Of a stretch of 64,000 bases of DNA, positions 18,578 to 31,602 are shown in pieces. Below the pieces are notes generated by a model, which saw nothing but the letters and a program-made list of their open reading frames with translations, was not told the origin of the DNA and did no database searches. Each line of letters opens with the position of its first letter. Position 1 is the first letter of the stretch. A program made the translations under genes and the position numbers. The stretch is from an uncultured Gammaproteobacteria bacterium (lineage in GTDB: Bacteria > Pseudomonadota > Gammaproteobacteria > Thiotrichales > Thiotrichaceae): assembly GCA_963818325.1 (NCBI GenBank), contig CAWFRV010000004.1, positions 119,586 to 183,585 of the forward strand, read 5' to 3'.

Positions 18578-21147
18578 CAGAAAAGCTGTTCGGGAATTTC
18601 AACCCGTTCCGGGGTGCGCTGGGGTGCAGGTGCCCGTTGGGGTGCGCCCGGTACAGCTTGGCGGGGAGCAACGGGGCGGGGCGCAATGTCACGCTCATTT
18701 TTATACTGGAAGCCCTCCCCATCTTCTGAATAGGCAGCAGCATCACTACGCCTGCCCGACTTATCATCCAGACCCAAATCCGCTTCCTTGAGGTCAACCG
18801 GCTTTTCCCACTCTTTGGATGGCTCGCCTTTCAGCACCCGGTGCATGAAATCAATCCACATTGGCAGCGCCACATTGGTTCCCGTTTCACCTTCGCCCAG
18901 CTTGGACATGTCATCGAAACCGACCCACGCAACACTCACCACATCCGGCGTGAAACCGCAGAACCACGCATCTTTCTGGTCATTGGTTGTCCCCGTCTTG
19001 CCCGCAATATCCTTGCGGTTCAAGGCACGCCCGGCACGTGCCGCAGTCCCGAACTGGGTGACACCCTGCAACATGCTGACAATCTGGTAATGGGTACGGC
19101 TATCCAAAATGCGTTTGGCAGCGGGGTATACGCCCTGATCACCCACTTTCGGGCCAACCACGGCATCGGTTTCCCAAATAGGTTTGCTGGCATCTTTGTT
19201 GTCTTTAACGTCTTTGCTGCCTTTACCTTCTGCCCCGGCAGACTTATCTTTATCTGCCGCTTTATCCGGCGCGTTGACAACACAAGCATCCACCTCACCC
19301 TTACAAATTCTGGGTGACACCTCTTCAAACAACTTATTGTGGTTGCGGTCTTCAATGCGGGTAATGAAATAAGGCTCAATCTTGTAGCCACCATTGGCAA
19401 AAGCCGCGTAAGCCGTTGCCATTTCCATCGGTGTCGTCATGCTCGTGCCTAGTGCCAGCGTCAAATTATTGTGGCAAGTTTTCCTTGGCAAAGCCAAACT
19501 GGGTAGCAAAATCAACGGCGTAATTGACCCCAATACTGCGCAACAGGCGGATGGAAACAAGGTTGCGTGACTTGGCAAGCGCCTCCGCGCAAGGTCGTCG
19601 GCCCGACATACCTGCCACCAAAGTTTTCCGGTTTCCAGCTACTACCGGGAATATCAATCGGGGCATCATTCACCACACTGGCCGGGGTAAAACCTTTCGC
19701 CAATGCTGCCGCATAGACAATCGGCTTAAAGCTGGAACCGGGCTGACGCACTGCTTGGGTAGCACGGTTAAATTTGGAATGGTAAAAATCAAACCCGCCC
19801 ATCACCGCTTGAACCGCACCATCACTGGGGTCAAGTGAAACCAACGCGCCACCCACCGTAGGCACTTGCGAAAGCACCCAAGTATTTTTTTCCTTATCGG
19901 TCTGGCGCACGCGGACAATATTACCCGCACTGAGAACATCACTGACCCTTCTGGGAGCCGCGCCGCGCCGGTCTTCCGTTTTGAAAGCCCGCGCCCATTT
20001 AACCGCATCAAAATCCAGCGTAATCCGGGTTTCACCCACCAGCAATTCAGCCGAGTTGGCTGTCAGCCTTCAACACCAAGGCGGGGTGAAGGTCACCAAA
20101 CACCGGGTAAGTGAACAGCTTGTCACGCATTTCATCGTCAGTTTTCAAGTCACCGAGATCAACCTTGTCTTCAGGGCCGCGATAACCATGCCGCTGGTCA
20201 TAGGACATCAGCGCCTGCCGCAGGGACTGCTGCCGCTTCCGCCTGTTTCGCCGAATCCAGCGTGGTATAGACATGATAGCCTTGTGAATAAGCATTGGCC
20301 TCGCCAAAACGTTTCACAATGTCAGCCCGCACCATTTCTGCCACATAAGGTGCATCGGTTTCAATTTCGGTCTTGTGCTTTTCCGCCGTGTTTGGCTCAT
20401 TCACCGCGGTCTGGTAGTCAAGCGGGGAAATATGGCCCAGTTCCAGCATCCGCTTGAGGATATACGTTGCGGCGGATCATCGCTCGCTCAGGGTTGGCAA
20501 TCGGGTTATTGCGTGAAGGTGCTTTGGGCAATCCCGCAATCATCGCCTGCTGTGCCAGCGTCAACTGATCCAAGGTCTTACCGTAGTAGGTTTCCGCCGC
20601 TGAGGCGATGCCGTAAGCCCGATTACCCAGATAGATTTTATTCAGATACAACTCAAGGATTTGATCTTTGCTGAGATTTTGTTCTATTTTGATCGCCAGC
20701 AAGGTTTCCTTGAATTTGCGTTCCATGTTCTTGCCGGAATCGAGGAACGAGTTGCGTGCCAACTGCATGGTAATAGTGCTAGCACCCTGACTGGCTGAAC
20801 CTGTTGACGCCACATTGCCCAACGCCCGCAATACGCCTTTGACATCGACCCCTTGATGCTGATAGAAAGCGGGCATCTTCAATGTCGAGAAACGCCTGTT
20901 TCAAGCGTTCGGGCACTTCCTCCAGGATGACGGGGCGGCTGCGGCGTTCACCGTATTCAGCCAGCAACTCGCCGTCACGGGTGTAAATGCGCAATGGCAC
21001 TTGCACGTCGATTTTGCGCAACTCGGCTTCATCGGGCAATTGCGGGGCATAGTGGGAATACAGGGCAAACAAACCCAACGCCCCTAGCGTGAGGAGCGCA
21101 AAGAAAGCGCCTAGAACAAGCTGAAGAAATTTATAGATGAACCGCAT
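18577..21147 (-). CDS. mrcA: Penicillin-binding protein 1A (several frameshifts)
   Basis: GASTITMQLARN, ILELYLNKIY, RQPGSSFKP, AGKTGTTN; divergent from pilM. Confidence 0.93.
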
Positions 21148-21312
21148 GACTACATTAGACTTTTATTCGTTTACGCACGGCTCCCGTTTATCTGAAAGCA
21201 CGCCACCCAGGACAGGCAGGGTAGACTATTTTGGGATTCGACGCTACCATTGACCTGCAAATAATTAAAAGATATGACGAAATAACATTTAATAATAACA
21301 ATAACCTCGGAA

Positions 21313-22372
21313 GTGCCTGTGTTTTCATTTTATCCTCGCAAAGAAAGCCTGCTCGGTCTGGACATCAGCTCTTCCGCCATCAAACTGGTGGAGATGACCC
21401 GTAAGGGACGTGACTACCGGATCGAAAGCTATGCCGTCGCCCCCCTGCCGGAGGGTGTTGCCAATGAAAAAGACATCGTGGAACCCGAACCCGTGGGTGA
21501 AGCCATCCGCCGTGCCTTGCGTGACAGCCGTTCACGCCTGCAGCATTGTGCCTTAGCCATCCCCACTTCGATGGCGATCAGCAAAATCATTCCCGATGCC
21601 TGCCTCCATCCCCCAAGCGGAGCTGGAAGCGCAAATGTCGATGGAAGCCGAGCAACATATTCCTTACCCCATGAACGAGGTCAATTACGACTTCGAAATT
21701 CTGGGGCCATCCGCCAATTCGCCCGAAACCGTCGATGTGCTGCTCGCAGCCACCCGTTCCGAAAATGTCGAAGTCCGGGTAGCTGCCGCTGAAATGGCGG
21801 GCTTAACCGTGGATATTGTGGATACCGAAACCCACGCGCTGGAAAAAGTCCTGCGCCACCTGACCACCGAACTGGATCAACACGACTCACTCGCCATCGT
21901 CGACTTTGGTGCCACCATGACCGGCATCAGCGTATTCGAGCAAAGCCGCCTGACGTTTTCCCGCGAACAAGCCTTTGGCGGACGTCAATTGACCGAAGAA
22001 ATCATGCACCGTTACGGCCTGACGTGGCAGGAAGCGGGCTTGGCGAAAAAAGAAGGCAATCTGCCAGAAAACTACGTTTCCGAAGTGCTAGAACCATTCA
22101 AGGACAGCATGGTGCGTCAACTGCACCGCTTCCTGCAATTTTATTACGCCTCCAGCCAGCGGGATAGCGTCGTCACAGATACTGATCTGTGGCGGCTGCG
22201 CCCGCATTCCGGGCGTGGATGAACAAATCCAATCAACCATCGGCATCCCGGTCAGGGTTATCAACCCCTTTACCGGGTGTCCCTCGGCTCGCGGGTCAGT
22301 CCTGTTAGGTTTACCAATGATATGCAAGCGTTGCTGATCGCGGCAGGCTTGTCGCTACGAGGGCTAGAGTAA
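21313..22372 (+). CDS. pilM: Type IV pilus assembly protein PilM (frameshifted)
   Basis: LGLDISSSAIKLVE, IVDFGA, FSREQAFGGRQLT. Confidence 0.9.
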
Positions 22373-23041
22373 TGGCAGGGCTTAACCTTTTACCTTGGCG
22401 GGAAAAAGCCCGTGAAGAGAAAAAGAAACAATTCTTCACGCTGATTGGCGCGAGCGTTGCATTGGCGGCTGCCGGTATCTTCGCCGCCCACCAGTACATG
22501 CAATCGTCGCTGGAATACCAAGAGCGAACGCAACCAATTGCTGACCACCGAAATTGCCCAACTGGACAAGCAAATCAAGGAAATCGAAGCAACTGGATGC
22601 CACCCGTCAGGCATTGCTGGATCGGATGCAGGTCATTGAGGATTTGCAAAGCACCCGCCCAGCTATCGTGCATCTGTTTGACGAAATGGTGAATGCCCTG
22701 CCCAAAGGCATGTACCTGCTATCGCTGAAACAGGAAGCCACCAAAGTGCAACTGGAAGGCAAGGCCGAATCCTACGCACGGGTTTCCAGCTACATGAACC
22801 GGCTGGATGCTTCGCCGTGGCTGAGTTCATCCAACCTGAACATTATTTCCACCAAAGAAGAAGCCAAAGACAGACGAAATCCTGCTGCGGGATTTCAAAC
22901 TGGATGTCACCCAATTACTGCGGCAAGGTCAGGATGATGACAGTACCGACAGAACAGCTAAAACCGACAAAACAGAAACCAATAAAACCGAAAAAACCGG
23001 CGAAACAGCCGACGAAACCAGCAGCGGGAGGCGGCTCATGA
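22372..23041 (+). CDS. pilN: PilN (frameshifted)
   Basis: GLNLLPWRE, GKAESYARVSSYM; operon position. Confidence 0.88.
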
Positions 23042-23705
23042 ACCTTCACGAACTCAATAACCTAGCGGATGACCCCGGTAGTGTGTCTTGGTCCATCAAA
23101 TCGTTGGCACTGGCGGTTATCATGGCCATCATCCTACTTCTTGGCTACAAACTCATCATCGTGGATGAGTTGAGCCGCACTAGAAGGGGTAGAAGCCAAG
23201 GAACAAGAACTGCGCACAGACTTTGAAACCAAACAGAAACGTGCCAGCCAGTTACCACAATACAAGGCGCAACTGGAAGACATGCAACGTTCCTTCAGTG
23301 TTTTGTTGCGCCAATTGCCCAGCGATACCGAAATTCCGGGGCTGATTCTGGATATTTCCGAAAAAGGCTTATCCAACGGTCTGGAACTGGAACTGTTTGA
23401 GCCACAAAGTGAAGTACAGATGGATTTCTACGCAGAAAAACCCATCAAAATCATTGCCAAAGGCTCGTACCGTGAACTGGCGACGTTTGTCAGCGACATT
23501 TCCGGTCTATCGCGCATTGTCACCATCAACAATATCGACCTAAAACCGGACGAGAAAAGCGGGACGTTTGCGGCTGGAAGCCACCCTAAAAACCTACCGT
23601 TATCTGGATGATAGCACCGGTGATAAGCCCGCCACCAAAACCGATAAAGTAGCTGCTGACCCAAAAAACAAAAAAGCCGCCCCCACAGAGGGTAAAAAAG
23701 GATGA
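23038..23705 (+). CDS. pilO: PilO (frameshifted)
   Basis: QLPSDTEIPGL, FYAEKPI, LSRIVT, KTYRY. Confidence 0.88.
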
Positions 23706-24260
23706 AACGTATCGCCCCCACTTGGTTAGCAACAGCCATTAAACTATCAGCAGGTTTCAGCTTGCTACTATCACTGACGGCTTGCAACAAGGACATGAGT
23801 GACTTGGAACAATACGTGCAAACAGTCAAGGCGAAACCGGCTGCACCCATTGAACCGATTCCCGAAATCAAGCCGTATGTGCGCTTTATTTATCCGGGTC
23901 ACGAGTTGGATCCGTTTGATTCCAAAATACTCGCACCCGATGCATCCCCGGAAGCGGGCAGTACCATCATGCCCGACCCGAACCGAGATTCCTGAATTTC
24001 TGGAAGGTTTCCCCTTGGACAGCTTACGCATGGTGGGTACGATCAACCAAAGCGGCTCGCTGTGGGCATTGATCCGCATTCCTGATGGTGCGGTACACCG
24101 GGCGCGTGCAGGTAATTACCTTGGCAAAAACTATGGAAAAATCAACAAAGTAGAAGAAACCAAAGTCAGCGTGCAGGAAATCGTCGAAAACGGCTTCGGC
24201 GGTTTCAAGGAACGGGAAAATGCCATTGCCCTCTCCGACATAAAAGATGTAAAAAAATAA
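23702..24260 (+). CDS. pilP: PilP lipoprotein (frameshifted)
   Basis: Lipobox LTAC, DPF, LEGFPLDSLRMVGT, GNYLGKNYG. Confidence 0.9.
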
Positions 24261-24282
24261 TACACAGGACTGAGCAAGCAAA

Positions 24283-26744
24283 ATGAAAACAATAAAGCAA
24301 AGTGTTGCTTTGGCACTTCTCATGACCTGCATCCCTGCCAGCAGCCTAGTATTGGCAGCCGACAAGCAGCTACAAAGCATCACTGCCCAAGCGGCTGGCA
24401 ACAAAACCGAGGTACAGTTGCAATTCAGCTCCCCGGTTGAGTTGCCCAAGGGTTTCCTGATGGAAAACCCTTCCCGTTTGGTGTTTGACTTTCCTGCCAC
24501 AGAAGTCAGCCCCAACAGCCGCAGCAAAGCCGTCAACATGGGGCAAATCCAGACCATTGACGCTGCCAACAACAAAGGCAAGGCACGGGTTGTCGTACAC
24601 TTGAATGGTCTGGTTGACCATACGGTGGAATCACGTGGCAATACCGTGGTCATGCTGTTTGAAAATGGAAGGGCAGCAACAACCAAGCCAAACCCGCCAC
24701 AGCACCAGCAGTCCAGCGTAGTGGCAAAGCAGCGGCTGACAGCTTGCCACCTGCACCCAAAGTTGAAGCAGAAAAACCCAGCTTCATCATGCCTGCGCAA
24801 TTACCCGCCAAGCCGCAAAATAGTTACCTCGCCTACCGTTGCCGGAATTGCCAGTCCCCAATCATGTACCCACGGATTACGCTTGGTATACACCCACCCG
24901 GTACAGCCAGCACCTGCTCCTGCGCCAGTGCCAGCACGCAAAACCAGCACTGCACAAGCCTGTAGAAGCAACCGCAGAAACGCCCAGCACCAGCGGCAAA
25001 GACCGTCATTGCCCAGCAAGCCGCACCGTAGAGGCGCAATAATTATTTGCCCCCACAAGCTGCCAGTCACCAACACAGCCACGCTGTTGCAGGGCAGTGG
25101 ATTTCCGCCGTGAACCGGATGGCAGCGGGCGCGTCGTCATCAACCTACCATCTGCCAATACCAGCGTCAGCGATGACAAAAGTGGCAATACTATCACCAT
25201 TACCCTGCCGATACCGATGTCCCCAGCCAACCTGCAAAAACGCATGGATGTCATGGACTTCGGCACACCCGTCAGTGAAATTGATGTCGCACAACGCGAT
25301 GCAGGCACACGCATCCGCATTTCCAGCCCACGAAGGCTTTGAACACCGCACCAAACGCAACGGCAACGAGTACACTGTTTACATCGACAAACTCAAAGCG
25401 TCGGCGGAAGAACAAACTGGTCGGTGAGAAGAAAAAGAAAAACTTCACGGGCGAAAAGCTCTCGCTCAACTTCCAAGACATTGAAGTCCGTGCTGTCCTG
25501 CAATTGCTGGCGGATTTCACCGACAAAAACATCGTGGTCAGCGACACCGTGGCAGGCAATATCACCGTGCGCCTCAAAGACGTACCGTGGGATCAGGCAC
25601 TGGACATCGTACTCGAATCCAAAAATCTGGCGATGCGTGAAAACGGCAACGTCATCTGGGTAGCCCCCGCCGCAGAACTAGCCGCCAAAGAACAACAGGA
25701 ACTGGAATCCATCAAAGCCAAGCAGGAACTGGAACCACTGGTGACGGAATACATCGCCATCAACTTCGCCAAAGCTGCCGATATGATGGCCCTGATCGAA
25801 AAATCCAAGGGTGAAGACAAGCAATCCCTGCTCTCACCACGCGGCAAAGTGTCGGTGGATGAACGCACCAACACCCTGCTGGTGCAAGACACCGCCGCCC
25901 AGGTCAAATCCATCCGCGACTTGGTCAAAGCGCTGGATGTGCCAGTCGAACAAGTGCTGATCGAATCCCGTATTGTCATTGCCAACGACACCTTCGGCAA
26001 AGAACTCGGTGCACGCTTTGGCATCACCCCGACCTGGGTCAACCAAGACAGCGTCGGCATTGGCACAGGTAAACTTGGCACCGGTACTGACGAATATTGG
26101 GAAACAGCCACCAAAGCAATGGCGGATGACCACAGGCAAAACCACAGATTAACATGCCCAGCCTGAGTGACCGCCTCAGCGTCAACCTGCCAGTGACAGG
26201 CGCGATCGGCAGCTATGGCTTCTCGATCCTCAGCAAAGACTTCCTGGTCGATCTGGAACTATCCGCCTCACAAGTTGAAAGCAAAAGTGAAATCATTTCC
26301 AGCCCACGGGTCATCACCTCCAACCAGACCAAGGCGCTGATCGAACAAGGTGTGGAAATCCCCTACCTGCAAGCCTCTTCCAGCGGTGCTGCCAACGTTG
26401 CCTTCAAAAAGGCCGTACTCAGCCTGGAAGTCACGCCACAAATCACCCCGGATGAACACATTTCGATGGATTTAAAAGTTAACCAAGATACGGTTGGCGA
26501 AGTATTCTCCGGCGTCCCCAGCATCAATACCCGTGAAATCCAAACCAAGGTATTGGTTGAAAACGGTCAAACGGTGGTGCTAGGTGGCGTCCATGAGGAA
26601 GAAAACTCAGACGGCACAAGCAAAGTTCCTGTCCTTGGCGATGTCCCGGTTCTCGGCAGATTGTTCCGCACCGACAACAACAGCAACAAGAACCGCGAGC
26701 TGCTAATCTTCGTCACACCCAAGATTGTGGACAGTAAATCATAA
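24283..26744 (+). CDS. pilQ: Type IV pilus secretin PilQ (frameshifted)
   Basis: AMIN domains, LSLNFQDIEVRAVLQ, VPWDQALD, KVPVLGDVPVLGRLFR...LLIFVTP. Confidence 0.93.
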
Positions 26745-26798
26745 GCGCAAACACACAAGCTGCTTGATTCCCGCGCCCGGTACTGGCATAAATCCCGG

Positions 26799-27338
26799 AT
26801 GCAAAATAACATCATCCTGGTGGGTTTGATGGGCGCGGGAAAATCCACCATAGGTCGACAACTCGCTCGCCGACTGAACTTGACGTTCTACGATTCCGAC
26901 AAGGTAATCGAAGAACGCACGGGCGTCCCTATTGCCACCATCTTTGAAATCGAAGGTGAAGCAGGTTTTCGTGAACGTGAAGAACAGGTCATTGCCGAAC
27001 TCACCGCCCTGCACTGATATCTTGCTGGCAACCGGCGGCGGCAGTGTCTTGCGTGACATCAACCGCGAACACATCAAAGCCGGTGGTTGCAGTCATTTAT
27101 CTACGGGCCAGCTGCTGACCAACTCTTCCAACGCATCAAACACGACAAAAGCCGCCCGCTGATGCAAACCCCCAACCCCATACAGACCTTGCGTGACCTA
27201 CTCAAAGCCCGCGAACCGCTGTATATGGAAGTTGCCGACCTGATCATACCCACCGGCAAGCAGAAAGTGAATGTCATCCTGCGCGACATCCACAACAAAC
27301 TGAAACAATTACAGGACGTTGCCCATGCAAACCCTTAA
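26799..27338 (+). CDS. aroK: Shikimate kinase (frameshifted)
   Basis: [31 protein letters not shown]. Confidence 0.93.
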
Positions 27339-28402
27339 TCTCGACCTTGGCGACCGCAGCTACCCGATCCACATCGGGCAAGGTTTGCTGCAACAGGCCG
27401 AACTGGTCACGCCGCATATCAAGGGCAGAAGTGCAGTCGTCGTCTCCAACACCACCGTTGCCCCGCTGTATCTGGAAGCCACCGCAACGCTTGCTGACCG
27501 GTTTGAAACATTCCGCTGTAATCCTGCCCGATGGCGAGGAATACAAAAACCTCGATGTGCTGAACCAGATTTACACCCACTTGCTGGAACACAAAGCTGA
27601 CCGCAAAACCACGCTGATTGCGCTGGGCGGCGGTGTCGTCGGCGACATGACGGGCTATGCGGCAGCAAGCTACCAGCGCGGCATCAACTTCATCCAGATT
27701 CCCACCACCTTGCTGGCAATGGTCGATTCCTCCGTCGGCGGCAAAACCGGCGTGAATCACCCGCTCGGCAAAAATATGATCGGCGCATTCCACCAGCCGC
27801 AATGCGTGCTGATCGACACCGACAGCTTGAATACGCTGGCTGACCGCGAACTCAGCGCAGGCATTGCAGAAGTGGTGAAATACGGCCTGATCCGTGACCC
27901 CGCCTTCCTGCAATGGCTGGATACCAACATGGATCAGCTGCTGGCACGTGACCCAGAAGCATTAACGTATGCCATTTTCCGTTCCTGCGAACACAAAGCC
28001 GAAGTGGTCGCGGCAGATGAACGTGAATCCGGGCAACGCGCCTTGCTGAATCTGGGGCATACCTTCGGTCACGCGATTGAAGCGGCAATGGGTTACGGCA
28101 ACTGGTTGCACGGCGAAGCGGTAGCCACCGGCATGGTAATGGCAGCGGAACTGTCGCAGCAAATGGGCTGGTTAGCGGCGGATGACGTGGCTTACACGCG
28201 CCACATTTTGCAACGCGCCAACTTGCCGGTTGACCCACCCGCGCAAATGACGGGCGAAGACTTCACCCGCTATATGTCGGTGGACAAGAAAGTGCTGGAT
28301 GGCACATTACGCCTCATCCTGATGAAATCGCTGGGCGAATCCATCGTCACGGCGGAGTTTGACCCCGCCGCACTCAAGCGTGTGTTGAATCGGGAAATCT
28401 GA
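27325..28402 (+). CDS. aroB: 3-dehydroquinate synthase (frameshift near 27490)
   Basis: [41 protein letters not shown]. Confidence 0.95.
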
Positions 28403-29722
28403 TTATTTCCCCAATTTCATCAACTTACCGCCCTGCTTATACGCCAACGCTTCCAAGATGATGCCGTTGGTGTTGGCAGTAATCGCCTTATTGGGCTTGA
28501 CCACTGACTTCATACAAACCGGAATACCAACCGCGTTCCGGGTTAGCCAAGGTCGCGGCTTTCTCCACCAGCTTCTGGGTGTAATCGGTTTCATACAGCG
28601 CGTGCCAGCCAAATGCCGCCTTGGTACTCAGGGTTTTGAACTGGCTGGCATCGTCGCCTTTTTCGCTAATCGCATTCCAGATTTTGCCATCGGTAAACAC
28701 GGTGTTGTAAACGAAGTACGGCGGCTGGTCGATATTGTCTTCCGATACAGCGGTGAGAATGCCAGTTTCAGCAAAGCGCTTTTCCTGCGCCTTGTACACG
28801 CGCCACGCCAGTTCCTGCGAAATATGATCCCAACCGAATTCCACGCCATCCAGAATGTACGGTTCACTCACCACGTAGTTATGCGCCCCGTATTGCTGCG
28901 CACTGCGGCTATCAGTCGCCAACCTGAATCCCGCCAATATCCACGAACTTGAGGAAATCGGTGTAACGCAGTGAATTGGATACATCCAACCCCATCAGAT
29001 TGAAGGATTTGGCAGCGTATTCTTCATACCCCAAACGCCCTTCCTGAAGGTATTTGGTTTCGCCCTCATCAGTGACCACCGCACCTTGCAATACCCCGTT
29101 AACCAGCATCGGCTGCGTATCCCAGCGTTCCATCACCTTTTTGACGGAAGCGGTGTGTTGCGGGTAATGCCACGCCAGCACGTTGAGCGGCACGAGTACC
29201 CGCCCGATGTCGATCGCCGACCAGCCAATACCTTTTTCACTCGGCTGATTGGTGTAATCGACCATTTGCAGGGAAATGGTGTTGTAGGACTTATTCGGCA
29301 ACTTGCCTTCAAACAACGGCATTTTCGCCAACGTATCCAACGCTTTGAAAATACGCGCATCAAATTCGGTCTGATCGATAATCCCCAAGCGTTGCGCCGC
29401 AATCACCGCCATCAGGTAAGACGAAGTATCCCACAAGGTCGAAGCATTATAGTTATCCACCGAATTCACCAAGCCCAGTTTCAGGAATGGTATTGTTCTG
29501 GAAATACTTCCACGCGGTTTTTGCCCACGCCATTTCCTCTGCCGTCAACGGACGAGACGGGGCAATGTTCACATCGTCACTGGTTTCAATCATGGCTTCT
29601 GGAGTAGACGCATTACCCATGCTGATACCTTCCAACCAACCCACCATACCAAACGCGGTGACTAACCCCGTCAAAAAAATCAAATGGCTACGCGCACGCA
29701 CCAAGCCCTGTTTAAAACTCAT
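28403..29722 (-). CDS. DUF3131 domain exported protein, copy 1 (frameshifted)
   Basis: AWKYFQNN, TLWD, LPNKSYNT, GWSAIDIGR, QEGRLGYEEY, LTAVSEDNID, ITANTNGIILE. Confidence 0.8.
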
Positions 29723-31590
29723 ACTGTCACCTCGTTATTATTATACTGTTGGGGTTGAGCGGCTTCCTCAGCAACCTCTTCTGCCTCCGGCTGCCAAAAC
29801 GCCGCCATCACAATCCCACTCAACGCCAAAATATTATTCAGCCCCCAAAACAGATTGGTCAGAATCCCACCCATCGAATAATCGCTATTACCCAGCACAA
29901 AAAACTGCACACTGGCATACGCAATCCCCAACACCGTCAGCACAATCACCGCAAATTGCGGCAGCACCAGATGGAAAAAATTACCTTCTTGCCGGTCTTT
30001 CGGTGTTACCGGAAACTTGATCTGTTCACCCTTCAACACCGTCCAAATCGCCTGAAGATTCACCGGGAAAAACGACAAGTAACTGGCTTTGGAACGGTAG
30101 CCCGCAATCCCCCACGTCCCCACCATAAACGCCAATTCCATCGCAATCAGGAACGGCAAAATGTGCAGGAAGAAATCGCCGGTATACGCACTCACGGGCG
30201 CAATCCCGCTAAACAAATAGATCAGCGGCGCTGCCAAAAACATCATGTTCCAGATACCGCCAAGGTATGACCACGCGGTTGCACCATACATCAAGCGTTG
30301 CGCCCAACTCATGCCCTTGCGCGTCATCGGGTTGTCGTGCATGACAATATCCAGCGTGCCACCTGCATATTTGAAGCGTTGCACCGTCCAACTCAACAAG
30401 TCTTGCGGCGACAACATTTTGGATTCGACCGCCGGATGCAGCACCGATTTCCAATGCCGATCTTCATCCGAATGCAGCACAATCGAGGTGTAAATGTCTT
30501 CGGAAACGTGGAAACGGTACGGGGTAAATTCCTCCTCACCTGCCACCTGATGGCGCATTTCCTGCACCAAACCGCTGTCGAGTGCTTCCCCGCCCATCAG
30601 CTTTTGCAACTGTTTGGATTGCTTGCCGACCTGCTTTTCGATGGTGTCGGAATAGGTTTTGAGTGCGGCTTCCATCACTGCTTCACGCCGATGAATCGAG
30701 CCTGCCCCGCAACAAAACGATGCATTCGCCCAATTGCGGCGGCGCTGGATAATGTCGTAAAACATTTTCGGCTCATTCACGAACGGGTCTTCGCCGACGC
30801 GCATTTCACCAATCACGGCTTCCACGCCTTTGCCCAGCCAACGTCCCGGTGCTTTCAGGTATTCGTCCAAGCACATCGGGCAAACGTTTGCCTTCCGGCA
30901 AATCGAAAAACCATTGCGGGGTTTGCACCCACGCCACATCCGGGTCACGGAAATAGCCCAGCGTGTGTTCCAAAATCGTCGGGAACGGGCGCGTATCGGC
31001 ATCGCAAATCACGATGAAATCGCCGTGGGTTTGCTCCATCGCATTGCGCAAATTGCCCGCTTTGAAACCGATATTGCTGGTGCGGGTGATGTAACCCACA
31101 CCCTCTTCTTCGGCGACTTGGCGCATTTCCGGGCGTTTGCCATCATCCAGCACGAAAATTTTCAGCTCAATCGAATGCGGATACGTCACCTTTTTGGCAT
31201 CGCGGATACTCAGACGCACCAGCTCCACGTCTTCGTTGTAGCTGGGGAAAAACACATCCACTTTCAGCGGGCGTTCCTCACCATGATCCGGGCGCACCAC
31301 TTCGCTGAGTTTGGCGGGCGGTGGCAATTGCTCGTAATCCTGCACTTTCCACAAGTTGAACACGAACAACCCCAACCCAAAATAGGAGGCGGTTTCCGCA
31401 AACGCCAAGCGGAATGGCATACCACAACGCATCCGGGTTAAGCGAAGCCGTCCAACGCCACCACAAATACCACGCCCCCAAGGTCAGGGCGATGACGGCG
31501 AGGAATTGCCAGATGCTTTCCGTTACCGCCGAATATTCCAGCGGCGGTTCGGGTTTGCGCGTCTTCAAACTTGTCGAAATAGAATCCCAT
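29719..31590 (-). CDS. Cellulose-synthase-like GT2 membrane glycosyltransferase without PilZ (frameshifted)
   Basis: PSYNE, DDG, KAGNL, CDAD, QTPQ, SEDI, QRFKY; N- and C-terminal TM helices. Confidence 0.85.
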
Positions 31591-31602
31591 AACTGTGCAT
31601 TC

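Noticed and set aside
24700-25100. Novel small genes within the pilQ 5' region
   Set aside because: Pro/Ala/Gln-rich linker between PilQ AMIN domains broken by indels.
18577-28402. Mass pseudogenisation or programmed frameshifting of mrcA, pil and aro genes
   Set aside because: Indels are scattered through core and accessory genes alike, often at homopolymers, with protein motifs intact; long-read error is the simpler explanation.
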